From Rhina ancylostomus (taxonomy: Eukaryota), in contig JARFYF010000055.1 in NCBI GenBank assembly GCA_030265395.1, positions 14,111,594-14,175,480 of the forward strand: DNA of 63,887 nucleotides, given 5' to 3'. The notes beneath the pieces were generated by a model. The model did no database searches, had not been told where the DNA came from, and saw only the letters and a program-made list of their open reading frames with translations. Below are positions 25,901 through 39,197 of the stretch, piece by piece. The translations under genes and the position numbers were made by a program. Within the stretch, counting starts at the first letter, position 1; every line of letters starts with the position of its first letter.

Positions 25901-26839
25901 CCACTTCTCCACCCTCCAATTCCCCAAATGTATCTATGGTACATTAGCCATTATGCCTAAACTAATATCTCTGAATTTCACCTCTCACCTCTGAAATAAG
26001 AGGACTAATTTCTAAGGGAAGACATTTATTTGTGATTGTTAGTATGAAAGGCATGTAGGAGTACCAGTATCCCATTGCATATGTATGTTTATCTCCATGT
26101 GTTCAATGAAACTAAAAACTTATTTCCCCTAAACTTCTGAAAGTGAAAAAGCAAAGCATATTTGATTCAATAACTTCTGGGGGTATCTTGGCTTTGAATT
26201 GGTCGTGGAAAGTTCTGGCATTTTAGATTTATTTGGGTTACTTGGGTAATNNNNNNNNNNNNNNNNNNNNNNNNNNNTATATATTTATGTATGGGTTATT
26301 CCTAGGGTTCAAGAAACCTAAATCGTGAATTTGTCCCAGTTTGATATTTTGCAAATGTATTGTACAGAGCACAGTGCAGATATGATCTATTAAACTGTTA
26401 AAGACATTCTTTGTGTATATAAGAAGATTCTATGTTTTTTGAAAAAAGTGCTAGTTAATTCATCAAGGGCTGTTAAACATTTTAGACACATTAAAATAAA
26501 AATTGCATTATGCTAGTAACTGTGAGTGGCCAAGTTTTATAAGCAAGTCAAAAATATCTGAGGTCGAGAAACTAATGATTTTTTTTCTTTAACAATCATT
26601 CTGTGGAGGGGAGCACATGTAGCTATTTTTTAACCTGTATACCTCGCCTGTGCTCTCATTAAGTCATAGAGTCATACAGCATGGAAATGGGCCTTTTGCC
26701 TCAACTTGTCCATGCTGACATAGTTGCCTACCTGAGAAAGTCCCATTTACATGTGTTTGGCCTATATCCCTCTAAATCTGTCCTATCCATGTACCTGTCC
26801 AAATATCTTTTAAATGTTGTAACAGCATACTTACAATAG

Positions 26840-27975
26840 AACTGGGCAGAGACAACATGGATTTATGAAAACAGCGTTTGACAAAGCTGCAAGTTTTGAG
26901 ATTGTAATTAGAATGGATAAGAACAAAACAGTTGATGTGGTGTATTTGGACTTAGAAAGGCTTTTGTTAAGATTCCACATGAGATTATTAAACAAAATAA
27001 GATTGGTTTAAAGACAGAAAACAAAGCAGGGAATAAAAGGGTCATTTTTAGGTTGGGAAGCTGTGACTAATGGAGTGCTGTAGAGATTGGTACTGGGAGA
27101 CCAGCTGTTCAAATTTCTTTTGGTAATTTGGATGAGGGGGTCAAGTGCAACACTAAAGTTTGGTATGAAGTCGGGTGACAATGTGGGCTGTGAGGCAAAT
27201 GCAATGAAGCTTCAAGGTGATAGATGGGTTAAGTGAATGGGCAAGGATGTGGCAGCTGGAAAATAATGTGGACAAATTTGAGGTCATCCATTTCATTGAG
27301 GAAAAATATAAAGGCAGAGTATTTTATTAATGGTGAGATTGAAGGGTGCTCATATCCATAGGGACTTGAATATCCTTATTCATGAATCGCTGGAAATGAA
27401 CATGCAAATACAGTGAGTGATTAGGATTACAACTTCTATTTTGGCCTTTTATTGCAAGAGAATCTGAGCAATGGAAAGTCCTGCTCAATTATGTAGAGCC
27501 CTGGTGAACCTGTAACTGGAATATTGCAATGTCTAATTTCCCTATGTACGAAAGGGAATGTTTGTGTTAGTGCAGCAGTTGTTCAGCAGGTTGATTCCTG
27601 GTATAATGGGTCTGTCATATGAAGAGAGATTAAGCAGACTAAAGTTATAGTCTCTTGTAAGGGAAGAATTTGATACATGGTAGATGTACCATGTATAGAA
27701 CTGTATAGAATTATGGAGATTTGAGGGCCAGAAGTTACCATGACTTGGTCACCATACCCTGGAATGGGAATGAAGTTTGAACAGCCCTGGCGTGAAGGTC
27801 TGAACTATTGACTCAAAGGGTCTTTGCAGTTGGACCACTGGCTATTATTTTAAACATCAACTGATGTTTCCCCTAGATGAGGTGTCTAGAACCAATCTTA
27901 AAATAAGAGGCTGCTCATTCAGGACAGAGATGTGAAGAAATGTCTTCATTTTGAGGATAGTGAATCTTTGAAATG
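26840..27975 (+). mobile_element. CR1-clade LINE reverse-transcriptase remnant
   Basis: GATGTGGTGTATTTGGAC...AAGGCTTTTG..AAGATTCCACAT encodes a decayed DVVYLDFxKAFDKVPH, followed by W-Q-x-x-x-N-V-D-K-x-E-V-I-H-F and LEYC motifs with many indels. Confidence 0.88.
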
Positions 27976-29456
27976 CTCTTATGGTTTACCAATGCATAAA
28001 AACTGTGAATGGGAGTAGGTGAGGAGAACTTGATTTTCACTCAGGCTGTTATGGATGGAGTTCCTGAAAGGACATTGAAAACTGATGCGATAAAAATTTA
28101 AGAGTGGAATTCAATATATATTTAGAAAATAATTTTGCAAGAGTGGGAAAGAGCAAGGGCTTCCAATTAATTAGTAGCTCCTTCAAAAAAAATAAAGGCA
28201 TGATAGATGGGATACCTACTTCCTGTTCTCATTCTGTATTTGCATAGTCACTTACTTCCTCACCAGCTTCTTCCTTTCCCCATGTAGCATGTTGAGTCCT
28301 GTCTGGGATGCAGTTTGGGCATATTTATCCTCCTGGATTATATTCTTATGATTATCTAAAATTGCACCAGAGCCCATAAAGTCCAAAACAGTGTGGCTGT
28401 GTATATGTGTAATAAGTATAAAAACTGAAACATTTTTTGTGCTCTTTCTCACTGCTGGTGTTCCTAAGCCACAGCTTTGCACCAGTACATGCCAATCACA
28501 GACAACTATTGTTTTAAATATCATTATAGTTATACAATGATGCCCATTCAGACAGATGCAAAATAGCCATGTATGACTGTTGGTGGTTCTTTGAATCCTG
28601 AAACCTTTTTAAAATAACTACAGGTAGAGATGTGAAATGAGCCACAATTAAAACAAGTGATATTTTTTATAGTGCAACCCAGAGGTAACCTCCCAGGGTA
28701 TGTGATTACTCAGTTTCTTCACAATCCATGTTGAAGAAATGTGTCAAAAGATGAGCAGGTTCCCTTCTGTGACTTGTCCATAAGTCTTACTTTTGGAATG
28801 GAAAATTATTCCCAAGTTATTTCCAGAAAATCTCTTCTTCCTAACCTTAAATAGATAGATAGTAGAAGGGCAGGAGAATAAAAGAAAATGTTTTCTTCAA
28901 TGCCTCATAATTAAAAATAAAAATAGTTATGTTAGGGCAAAATTAAAAGTTTGAAAAACATTGGGGAAAGTGAGAAGAACTGTGGGTTTAAAGCAAGGAC
29001 CACATGGTGAACTGAAACACTTTTGATTTCATATGTTTACAATTGCAACACAGACACCAATCTATGCAGGTGTTGATTCTGTTGAAGAACAATGCAATTA
29101 AATTGCTGTCTCCATATTCAATAAAAGAAGCCAGTTCTCATTTTATCTGTGCTTTAGTGGTCTGAATTTAAAAAAGAAATGCAAACCGATATTTCCATAG
29201 TTGCTTTTGGAACTTGCTTCTCTCATACACTTGAAAATTGGTCTTTTTCAAACTAACAACTTAAAATTTTAGTAGAGTTTTATAAGCTCCTTGAGCAATA
29301 GATTTTTCTAGCAGAGGATTCCCTATTCTAATTTCCCACAGCCCCTATTTTGAGCGGCTTTACTGACTACTGAAATCTCGGTTTAGTTTAGTGATAGTAT
29401 TTTGTTGTCATTGAAACATGAGAATTGTACATTGAACCTTTTCCTTGCTTTTACAG

Positions 29457-29480
29457 GAACGCCAAGGTCGTGTCAAATAA
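29457..29480 (+). CDS. YTHDF2: YTHDF2 coding exon 5 (ERQGRVK-stop)
   Basis: CTTTTCCTTGCTTTTACAG|GAACGCCAAGGTCGTGTCAAATAA; matches the human YTHDF2 C-terminus ERQGRGK. Total CDS 27+25+80+1566+24 = 1722 nt = 573 aa plus stop. Confidence 0.95.
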   Translation, partial: ERQGRVK

Positions 29481-30330
29481 TACTGCAGTCTCTGGAAATG
29501 TGACGTCGACCTAAATGTCATATCCTGAATTTTCTTCAAGAAATTGAGTGATAATGAAGATTCCCTTCTCCTTCCCTTCCTTCCCACCCACCCTCTTTCA
29601 TTTTCAGTGAATTCTACGACTTTCAGCCATGTAGTTGTCAGACTTAATCCTCTTCTGTAGCACTATGGTAATAATAGCAAGAACTAGGTGGGGAAACAAA
29701 ACGTTTTAAGGATCCTTTCTCAATTATCAGTTGTGACTTTAAAGTGGTACATTTGTTTTCCTTCTGTTTAAAAAAAATTAAAACAATGAATCACTTTTTG
29801 ATTTTTATGGTCTGTGGTCTGCATTTAAATGCAGCTCCATGGAGAAGAGACCAGTTGCCTTGCAACATTGTCGCCCAGCTGGGTCAACACGTGGACAGAT
29901 TCCTTCTCCAACTCGATTTAATTTATGGAGCCTAAATTGTTTCATTCAGGCCTTTCTGAGGACCGCCCACCCCACCTCACCCTCCATTTTACTGAAAATG
30001 CTGCTTGTTTTGTTTTAAAAAGGCTCCTGGAAAGAGCAGTTACTTTTGTGTTTGTCCTGCCTTTTGTTCCAAAATATTAAAAGCAAGTTACTCTTGACAA
30101 AAGTTAACGTGAGCAAGTTTAAAAAAAATTGCCACCAATTAAGTCTAAATCCTTAAAAGAGAAGACTGGACTAAAGGAATACTGTAAGGAATTTTTTTGA
30201 ACAGTGAACTTTGAGAAACAAAAACTGCTTAGAATCTTTTTTCAATCCTCGTCAACGGTGGAAAAACTGGGAATTTACCCTTTCTTCATTATTAATCACT
30301 TCTCAGTAATAAATGTGATATCCTGTTCAG
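29481..30330 (+). other. YTHDF2: YTHDF2 3' UTR (end approximate)
   Basis: AU-rich sequence with no recognisable repeat between the stop codon and the first AATAAA that has a downstream GU/U-rich element. Confidence 0.7.
30308..30313 (+). terminator. Polyadenylation signal of YTHDF2
   Basis: AATAAA followed about 40 nt later by TTTTTGTTTGGTCTTT...TGGTGTTGTTTT. Confidence 0.7.
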
Positions 30331-30779
30331 CAGAATGGATGCGTCAAATGCATTTTTGTTTGGTCTTTCATTCTTCCTGGTGTTGTTTTAATGTTACTTA
30401 GAGACTGTTGAGGAAGATTAGAATGCTGTATATGTGGGTGTAGGCTATATCCAGCTGGTTAAATTTCGGTGCTAACACTGCATGTCAGAAAGTACTAAGA
30501 TCTTGCACTTTGAATACAAAAGGTCAGGGGGAATAGTAAAATTTCCGGAGACTGGAACAGATTAGTCAAACTAATATTACGGTGCTTTATTAAATGGGTG
30601 CTGCATTGTTGAATATGCCATCATTCAGCTGAGATGTCAAATTAAGGCTCCATGTTCTCTCAGATGAATGTTTAGAAATTCTGAGACACGATTTGAAGTG
30701 GTAAGGAAGGGTGATTCATGCACCCTTCCTTCCATCAGAACACTTTCTGCAAAGGCGATGGGTTCGGTGGCAGTATGCT

Positions 30780-31000
30780 GCTGTTTGTGTTGTAGAATAG
30801 CAAGTCACAGCTCCAGCGACCTAGGTTTAATCCTGACCTCCAGTGCTATTTGGTTGGAGTTTGCATGTACTCTCTGTGACCACGTGGGTTTTTCCTGGGT
30901 GCTGCAGTTGCTTCCCATCCCAAAGACGTGGTTTGGTAATTAGCCACTGTAAATTGCCCCTTGTATGTGGGTGAGGAGTACAGTCTGGGGGAGAATAAAG
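30780..31000 (+). mobile_element. HE1/V-SINE-like copy
   Basis: GGTTTAATCCTGACCTC...GGAGTTTGCATGTACTCTCTGTGACCACGTGGGTTTT. Confidence 0.8.
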
Positions 31001-33594
31001 GGTGAGAGTTTTACTGTTTCAATGTGGCAGTAGTGAGTGAACAGAATAATAACAGAAGGGAATCTACCAGCTGAAGGAAGAGGAAACAGCCCTGATTTTA
31101 ACAGGAAACACTTTGGGGTAGAATGAAATGGAGTTTCAATGCACGCTGATGATATCGTCCTGGCTGTCAGCTTGATTGGTAGGTCTGACTTCCCATCAGG
31201 AAGAAAGCACTCTCAACTCAGGCCACAGGAGCAAGTAAGGAACATGCCGTCATCTAGTAGAATAGGCTGCAGGTGATGTGAAGTTGGGGGCTCATCACCA
31301 GCTCTGTAAGCTTGACGCATCAGTGGTGGTGGGAGGGGAAGGTTTGCAGGTTTGCTTCTATCCTTCCTGCCCCAAGGCTGCTACAACGTCATTTACTTTT
31401 TCCTCCATGATGTGCCTGCCTCCCTTGAATTGATGGATCTCCTTAGTTGGAAAACCTACCAGCCAGAATTTAACCTTTAGATGTGATGCTCTCGGCTTCA
31501 TTATGGTAGTTGAAGATCCAATTCCCCATCTGGGACTGGGTTGGCTGATCACCCTTGTCTTGCACCAGATTGGCTTAATTTGTGAAGTTGTTGAAGTGGT
31601 TTTTTACTTCTACCACAAACTAAAGCCATTCAAATTCGGGTATTAAAATAATCCCCAATATAAATACAGGAGACCATGGTGATAACTTTAAGGGATAAAA
31701 TGTTTGCAGTGTTGACCAAGTGTTTCTCGTACCTCCGATACTTCCCACATTGAAGGGATCACCTTATGTGCGTACATAGGGTAATATTTTGCTGAGAAGA
31801 ACATGTTATTTCCTATTGCTGCTTTATAAAGGGCCCGATGAGAATTGCTGCTGATGTTTTGTCCTTTCTTCTCTGTGGGGAGTTAGCTGGATTCAGTGGA
31901 GAATTGAAACTCATTGAGCGAGGAATTATAGATTGGATCCACTGAGCTGTAAGAGTGGAATCTACTGCTCCCACAAACAGTAGTAAAGTTCCAGAATGGA
32001 ACTTATTCAACCTTTTGAAATTTGAATGGTGTCTGTAATCAAACTGGGAATAAAGCCTGATGGTGTATGTATTTTGTATTGATCAGTCAGTTCACTTCAG
32101 CCCATACAAAGATCCGCATCAGCAATTGCAAGGTCAGACTTGTGTTCATCAAACTGATGGCAAAAATTCAAATGGGTAACTATCCCATTGCATGCTAACT
32201 AAGCATTTACAATGGGAATTCCCCACATTGTAATTGATTAATCTGACCAATTAAGTTGCATTCCCAGTTTTGTGACTTGCCCTCCAATGTGCTGCTCTTC
32301 AGCCTGTTTCACTTTGCTCTGTAAATGATTGCAAGGTTTGCAATTTACCTTAAAATGCAATGTAAAATCAAGGTTTTTAGAGGAAAAAAGGTGTATGACT
32401 TGAAAAAGGAGACTGAATTCTCTTTGCACTGTTCTAATTAACTCCTGCCCTCTAACTGCAATTCACGTGAAGCCTACATTTGGTTCCAAGTCCCTGAATG
32501 TAATGTCATGGGAGATGGACTACTTAGTATAGCTACTTAAATAGGCTACAAACTGATTTTCTTAAAAGTGCTCAGGACTCTGGTACTGTTTGAAAGCTGA
32601 TCTTATGAGCTGCCATCACAAAGCTTTGAGCAATTTCTCTATTTATGTAATTGCTTGTTTACTAACATGTCAATAACAGCTGACCACATTGCAAAATTAT
32701 CTCCTGCCACACCAGTGTACGTATTGCGGCTGTGATAGTGGGTGGTTGAATATTTTTTGTAACGTAATGATGTAAGATGTGCTTATCAGGGCTTTTGATT
32801 GTGGAGTGCAGTATATTTATAGTATCTGTTACCTTACCCTTCAGAATGAGCCACCTAGTTTCTAACTAGAGTTATCCATAATTCTCCCCTTTAGGAACAG
32901 AACTTTAGGCTCATCTGCAGTCTAGTGTTACTACTCTTCACCTGATTCCTCTCACCTTTTTTTTCATTGTTCTTTATCCCGTTTTTTGTTCCGTTGAAGC
33001 CAGTTGATGTGCCCTATACAGGCATCTATGCTCTGTGGCCTCAACCACTGCCTGTAGAGATGAGTTCCACGTACTACTCCCTGGGTTTCTCCTGGATTTC
33101 TTATTGAATTTGTTAGTAGTTACAGGTGTTCCTCAATTTGAGAATTTGATTTATGATCTTTCCCTATAACCCCATTGCATCTGAAGTTGTGAATCTTTGA
33201 TTTATAAAATTATCTTTTGGCTACAACAAATGGACCTCCACTCCTGGTACATGGAAATGCACTGCACCAAAGGGCCCATAATATCTTTAGCCTAACCTTT
33301 TTGATTTATGAAATTTTGCTTAACAAAACTTTTTTTTTCTTAGGGAAGTATCCCTTTCGTTAATCAAGACATTACTCTTGGTTGCTTGTTTTGACCTCCA
33401 GAAGAGAACATTTTTCTCTACTTTTTAAACCTATCAAACTCTTCCATTGGTTGGGCTAAATAACTTGTTCTTGTGTTCTAAATACCCTATGTGAATAATT
33501 TGAAATGATTTTGTCAGGTTATTTCTTAACCTCTTAGCTGGGGTTCTTCCCTCCAGCAGGTTCAGTCTTCGGTAATGATTATAACCTCTCAGTT

Positions 33595-34062
33595 CTGGAA
33601 TCAGCTGTGAAATGAAACAAGAACAAAATGCTGGAAATACTCAGGAGATCAGGCTGCTTCTGTGGGAAGGGAAACATGGGAAGGGAAACAGAGTTAATGC
33701 TTAAGTTCGAAGACCTTTTGATTGGAGAGAAAAGAAGATAGTTAAGCTGCAGGAAGGGAGGGGGATGTCTCTGATAGGGTAAAGCCATGGTGACCATGAG
33801 GATAAGCTGTGAACAAGGTTATTCTGGTCAGTGAGTGAATGGGAATAGTGGGAGACAGAGCATTGGCAGAAGAATGTAAGTAGTAGCAAAATGCAGGGCA
33901 GGAAGATGTACCCAGCAGGTCACACTGGGAATGTCCCCCAATCCCAAAGGGGGAATAAAAGGGAAACAGAAATTAAGTTACCTGAAGTTGTAGAATTAAA
34001 TATCAAGTTCAGAAGGCTGCATTGTGCCCAGGTGGAAAACTAGGTGCTGTTCCTCAAGCTTG
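33595..34062 (-). mobile_element. Penelope-like element 3' fragment (GIY-YIG C-terminus plus terminal repeat)
   Basis: 33978-34061 on minus translates KLEEQHLVFHLGTMQPSELDI*FYNFR*, resembling the Penelope GIY-YIG C-terminal motif E.xxI.xLgTlxPxGLN. It is followed by the GCAGCCTGATCTCCTGAGTATTTCCAGCATTTTG terminal repeat. Confidence 0.78.
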
Positions 34063-34654
34063 TGTTAGGCCTATAATAGCACATATGCAAATAAAATTCT
34101 GTTGCATTTGGGATTTAATTCAGAGAAATGATAGGTTTATATCATGGATAGTAAATTTGATTATAATTTGCATTTGTAAATTTCTGGAGCTTAAATAGTG
34201 AGTGACTGCCATGTGAAATGCAACGAAGGTTGAAGGTTTTGGACAACTGCTCAGCTGCCTTAAAGGTGAAATTACCATATGCAGAAAAGAAGTTTTTGCT
34301 GTTGAGGTAAACAGGTGTTATACTTCCATCTCTGCTAATCCTGAGTGGATCTGTGCTGGAGAATGATGCCTTCTTGCCAAGCATCAACTTGTTACATGTT
34401 GAGAGATTTGCCAGTTCCCTGGAGAAGTTATTGAGTAAACAAGGCCTAGGCTGATTTTTCCGTTCTCTTGCCTATTCCTCCAAGATGCCCTGCATTTTCC
34501 TGCTCTCTCCAGAGGCACTGAGAACAACTGTAGTACTTTCATAGCCCAGCTGGAAACATTGCTGATACCTTAACACAAACCCAGCTGCACAGAATATATG
34601 ACATTCCATTTATTCACTAAGTCACTGAAAGGAAAAGGAAACCTTTTGCAACCT

Positions 34655-34930
34655 TAGGATATTCTATAACCACTGAAGTACTTTAGCAATGAATATTATA
34701 ATATAGCACCCAATGAATTCACAGCATGGTTCCACGTACACCACCATTATAATGATCAAGTAATCTAAATTTTCATGATGTTGACTGAAGGATAATTATT
34801 GCCTGGGAATTGAACATTCCATTCTTCATTGAAATAATCTCAATGGAACATTTTATGTTGACCTGAGGTGGGTCTCAGTTCAATGTTTTTTAATAACAGG
34901 GCAGCACTGGAGTGTACGTTTAGATTATAT
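34655..34930 (-). mobile_element. Old DeuSINE (SacSINE1/AmnSINE1-like) remnant
   Basis: Decayed similarity, recognised from memory, to the Deu domain (GACCTGAG...CTCAGTTCAATGT...GCACTGGAGTGT...TAGATT). Related remnants at about 20780-20910 and 30590-30710. Confidence 0.5.
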
Positions 34931-35699
34931 ACGTAGAACAGTACAGCACAGAACAAGTTCTTTGGTCCACAATGTTGTGCTGACATAGGTATTCCCTCCT
35001 GCCTACAGGATGCCCATATCCCTCTATTTTCCTCTCATTCACATGCTTATCCAAGCCCCCGATGAATTGGCTTCATAATAGTACACATGCAAATAAAATT
35101 CTGTTGCATTAGGGATTTAACTCATAGGAATGGTAGGTTTATATAGCTATTCCCTCCTACCTGCAGGTATATACAGTAGCTATTCCTACCTAGAATGTAT
35201 TGCCTATTGGGCAATGCATTCCAGGCATCCACCACTCAGTTTAAAAAAAGCATACCCCTTGTGTGTCTTCTGAACCTACCCCCTTTCACCTTAAATGCAT
35301 GCCCTATATAATTCAATGTGTGGAGTGCAACCTGAACCATGACCTTCTGACTTAGAATGGAGATCAACACTCACTAATCCATGGTTGGCACTCTCTTCCA
35401 GCAGGTTAGGAGCCTGCTTCTTTCTGTTTACCCTCCAGTACTGAGGTGAATTATCTCATTGGTGATTATCAAATGTGCAGCTGGAACATTTAGGATTCTG
35501 CCACCCATGAGACACCCAGTGTTTTACCCATTACATTGGCTGAATGGGGCTTATGACAAAGAGGATTTGGTCAGGTTGATGTTTATTTGAGGCCACTGTG
35601 ATCCATAGGTGACAACAATTTGCACGATGATAGTGCCTTTAACATACTAGAGTGTCTCACAATAATGTTGTCAAACCAAGCCACATAAGGGGGGAATGT

Positions 35700-35895
35700 A
35701 TGGCATTCCATTTATCATGTGCCAAAAGCTGCCTTCACCATCCTGTCTACCTATGATGCGACTTTCAGGGAACCATCTACTTGTACTCGTCGGTCCCTCT
35801 GTTCTGCAACACCTCCCAGGGCCCTGCCATTCACTGTGAAAGTCCTACCCAGATTTGTCTTCCCAAAATGCAACACCTCGCACTTAACTGAATTA
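35700..35895 (-). mobile_element. CR1-clade LINE RT fragment
   Basis: Peptide LNSVKCEVLHFGKTNLGRTFTVNGRALGGVAEQRD in ORF 35751-36008. Confidence 0.88.
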
Positions 35896-36699
35896 AGCTC
35901 CTGGGGCATTCTGCAAAGTACAACTGTGTGGCAGTCAGCATACTCCACATCCTCAGTGTAAATTGGTCCAAGGATCTCACATACTGCAGCCCAGATGGAG
36001 CGTCTCAACCCAAAAAGTCGACTGTCGATTTCCCTCCACAGATGCTGGCTGGCGGGCTGACTTCTTCCAGTAGTTAGTTTTTTTGTCCTACATACTGGCT
36101 ACTGCTTCAAGGAAGATATATTTAATGGAGACTTATAAGGAGGAGTTTCAAGCTCCAAAATGGAATTAAATACATTCTTGAAAAGAAAAAAAAATGCAGT
36201 GCTATGGGAAAGGGACAGGGTAAGTAGGACAACATGAATAGATCTGTTACCGTTATGGTGGACTTTTTAAAATGTTTAGTTGTGAAGCCATCAAATTAGG
36301 AGCAAATTGCAGAACCATTATAAAAGAACACGTGACGAGCCTTGATGTTCTTCGTTTCTGTCGCCAGAGGGAGCCGCACTCTAACTTTCTGATCTGTGCC
36401 GGCGAGACTCCCGTCCTTCAACACATTGCAGCGGGATCCGCCAGTGTTTGTGGGAGAGACATGCCGAGGCAATAACAGCGCAACTATACATGCACATTTA
36501 CATTGCAATCATTCAGAGACCCCTCCATCCCATACCAACTTTTTAATAAATGAGTTGCTTCGCCATCATACTTGTTGATTAGACTTGCTCTCGGTAGGAT
36601 TTTTTTTAGAAGGTGAGCATTTATTGCATTATTCCTTTCATACAGATATTCCATTAAAATATATGTTGTACCCAGCAACTTTATATGGTCAAAAGGTTA

Positions 36700-37385
36700 A
36701 AATGGAATTCCCTCTCTCAGACGGTTGTGGATCTTGGAATTCTCGGCTGCATCAGCTGTGGATGCTGAGTCTAAATTTATTCAGGACAGAATTGGATAGA
36801 CTTTGGACTTTCAGGGAATTGAGTGTGACGGTAAAGGGGTGGGAAAATAGAGCTGAGGCTAAAGATATCAGCCATGTTGAGCGGTGGAGCAGACTCAGGA
36901 GGCCATATGGGGTGCACCTGTCCATATTTCATGTGTTGTTAAAAAGGGGTGGGAGAGGGCATTGTAATTGGATCATAAATATATAAGAATGGTGGACCAT
37001 TTCACCTCCTTTTGCCGCTCTGTCATTCAATAAGATTATGGCAGATCTTTTACCTCACTGAATTTACCTGCACTAACTCCATATCCGCTTATCCCCTAGA
37101 TGTCTAAAAATCTATCAATCTCTCTTGAACGTAGACGGAGTCTCCACAGCCCTCTTGGGTAGAGATCCCAAGGCAGAGGGAAGAAATCTCTCACCATCTC
37201 TGTCCTGAATGACTGCATTCTTATTGTGAGACTGTAACCCCCAGGTTCTTTACACCCCAGCCATGGTAAACGTCTATTCCACATCCCCCTTGTCAACCCC
37301 CTTAAGAATTCTGTGCGTTTCAATGAAATCACTTCTCATCCTTTCAAGAGAAAAGCCCCAGTCTGTTCAATCTCTCCTCATACAT
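36700..37385. mobile_element. Two CR1 3'-end fragments, tail to tail (+ about 36700-36930; - about 36985-37385)
   Basis: GTTGTGGATCTTGGAATTCTC...GAATTGGATAGACT on +; minus peptide GYSLTIRMQSFRTEMVRDFF. Confidence 0.75.
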
Positions 37386-39152
37386 CAAACTTGTTTTGAT
37401 CGCATAACATGACATATTTGTGATGTAATTAATCTAAGTGTGTGACGTCGTAGAACCAGCTACACAATAAAGTGTAATATCATCGAGCCAGCTGCACAAT
37501 CAACGTGACGCCAGAGGCTGTTCCACACAATGGATCCGTGACTGCACTCTCCCCGGTGCTCAGTCTGAGTGAGGTCACTTCTTTAATGGGCCAACAAACT
37601 ACTTCCTTTCTTCGAAGAGTTTTCTTGTCTCTGGGAAGTGCGATTCCCATTTTCTTAGGTCTATCAGTTCTCAAAACTGATTCCTGAGTTGTTAGCCGGT
37701 CACTGAATACGCCAGTGGCCAAGAGTCAAAAAGTGACCGGCAAAAAAAAATTCTGTATCGATGCTTCCAATCCAATTCTAAGTGGCTAGCTGCTTTGGCA
37801 AAGGTGACATCTCTTGGATGAGATGTTAATCTGTGAACACTGCCTCCCAGCGAGTTAAAAGGTGCCAGGACACTGCATGGAGAAGAGCAGACGAGACCTC
37901 CCTGCTGCCATTGCAATTTTTCATTTATGTGTCTGTAGCTTAGTATAGCTGGCAGAGCCAAAGTTCATGGCCCTTCCCTAAATGCCTTTCAGAAAGCAGT
38001 GGCGAGTCACTTCCTTAAACTGCTGCAATTCTTCTGGCGAAAGTACTTCCAGGATACTGCTGGCAAGGGAGTTCCACGATTTAGGTCCCACGACCATGAG
38101 TAACTATGGAACTCGCTGCACCGCCGGGCTCTGTCTATTAGTAAGGTAGCAAGACTGTAAATGTAAGAATGTCTCGTCAGAGCGTTTACCTTGGCTGTCG
38201 CCGCTTGGGGAGCGTGGGATGGCTGTCCTGGGAAAATGAGTTTGGAAAGAATGGGGCGAGATGTGAAGGGGATTGGGAATGCGGTGGGGGAGGGGAATTC
38301 AACATTGCCTTTTTGTTTTGATGCTGGTCTGAGTTATCCCACATACTCGCTGGACTTTTTTTAAAAAAGTTATCCGATACTTCGGGACATTCCGACCAAG
38401 CTGGAGGCTGATTCCTGGAGAATGCAAAATTGTCCTGAAATTTCCCAAGTGCAACCCCTTCCCCGGTCAAGGTGCTGCAGGTGACTGGGAGCCCCTGAAT
38501 TATTGGAAGGAACCAAGCCAAAAAGTCTCTGAACCCCGAGGGATGGGAAAGTCCATTCTGTTTATGTTAAAGTTAGTTTTTGTTTTAAAGATGCAGCCAA
38601 CATTTCCTTCTGTTTTCGGAGCCAGACTCGGCAGTGCCGAGTGGATTAGCCGTTGTCCGGGCGAAGGCAGCGAAGCGGCCCATTCACTCCCTGGGAGAGG
38701 AGGGGGCGAGGCAAGTCTGCGGCAAAACCCTTGTTGTTCGGTAGAAGTGGTTCAAAACAAAAACTTTATTTTGGGCAGCAAACGCATGTTATCTGGTCAC
38801 CGCGGGAATGGACGGGACCATGGGCGTAGCCCACCCACCCCCTGGGTGAAGAAGGGCGTGTTGGTGGGGAGATTGGAGAGAAATAGAACTGTCGACACCG
38901 CCGACTCCAACTCAGCTGGAAGTCCTGAAGGTAAGAGCGAGGAATCTGCGGCAAACTGGGGACAAAACGAGTCTCGACTGTGGTGAATCTTCCTGGCGCC
39001 CAGACAGCTCGCTCGGGTTTATTAAATGCCCCAGTTATTAATTTTCTTCAACCCCTCCTTCCCTCCCCCGCCAGTCCACCAAATTCCATCTTCCCCTCCC
39101 TCAATATAAAACGTAGAATTCTGAGTGCTCCACCTCTAATGATGTGGCATTG

Positions 39153-39154
<2 letters not shown>

Positions 39155-39193
<39 letters not shown>
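39155..39193. repeat. (AC)n microsatellite
   Basis: About 19 AC units. Confidence 0.95.

Positions 39194-39197
<4 letters not shown>

Noticed and set aside
29856-30063. miR-124 targeting of the neighbouring YTHDF2 3' UTR
   Set aside because: Only two 6-mer TGCCTT matches and no 7-mer or 8-mer site (GTGCCTT, TGCCTTA) were seen, which is too weak to claim.
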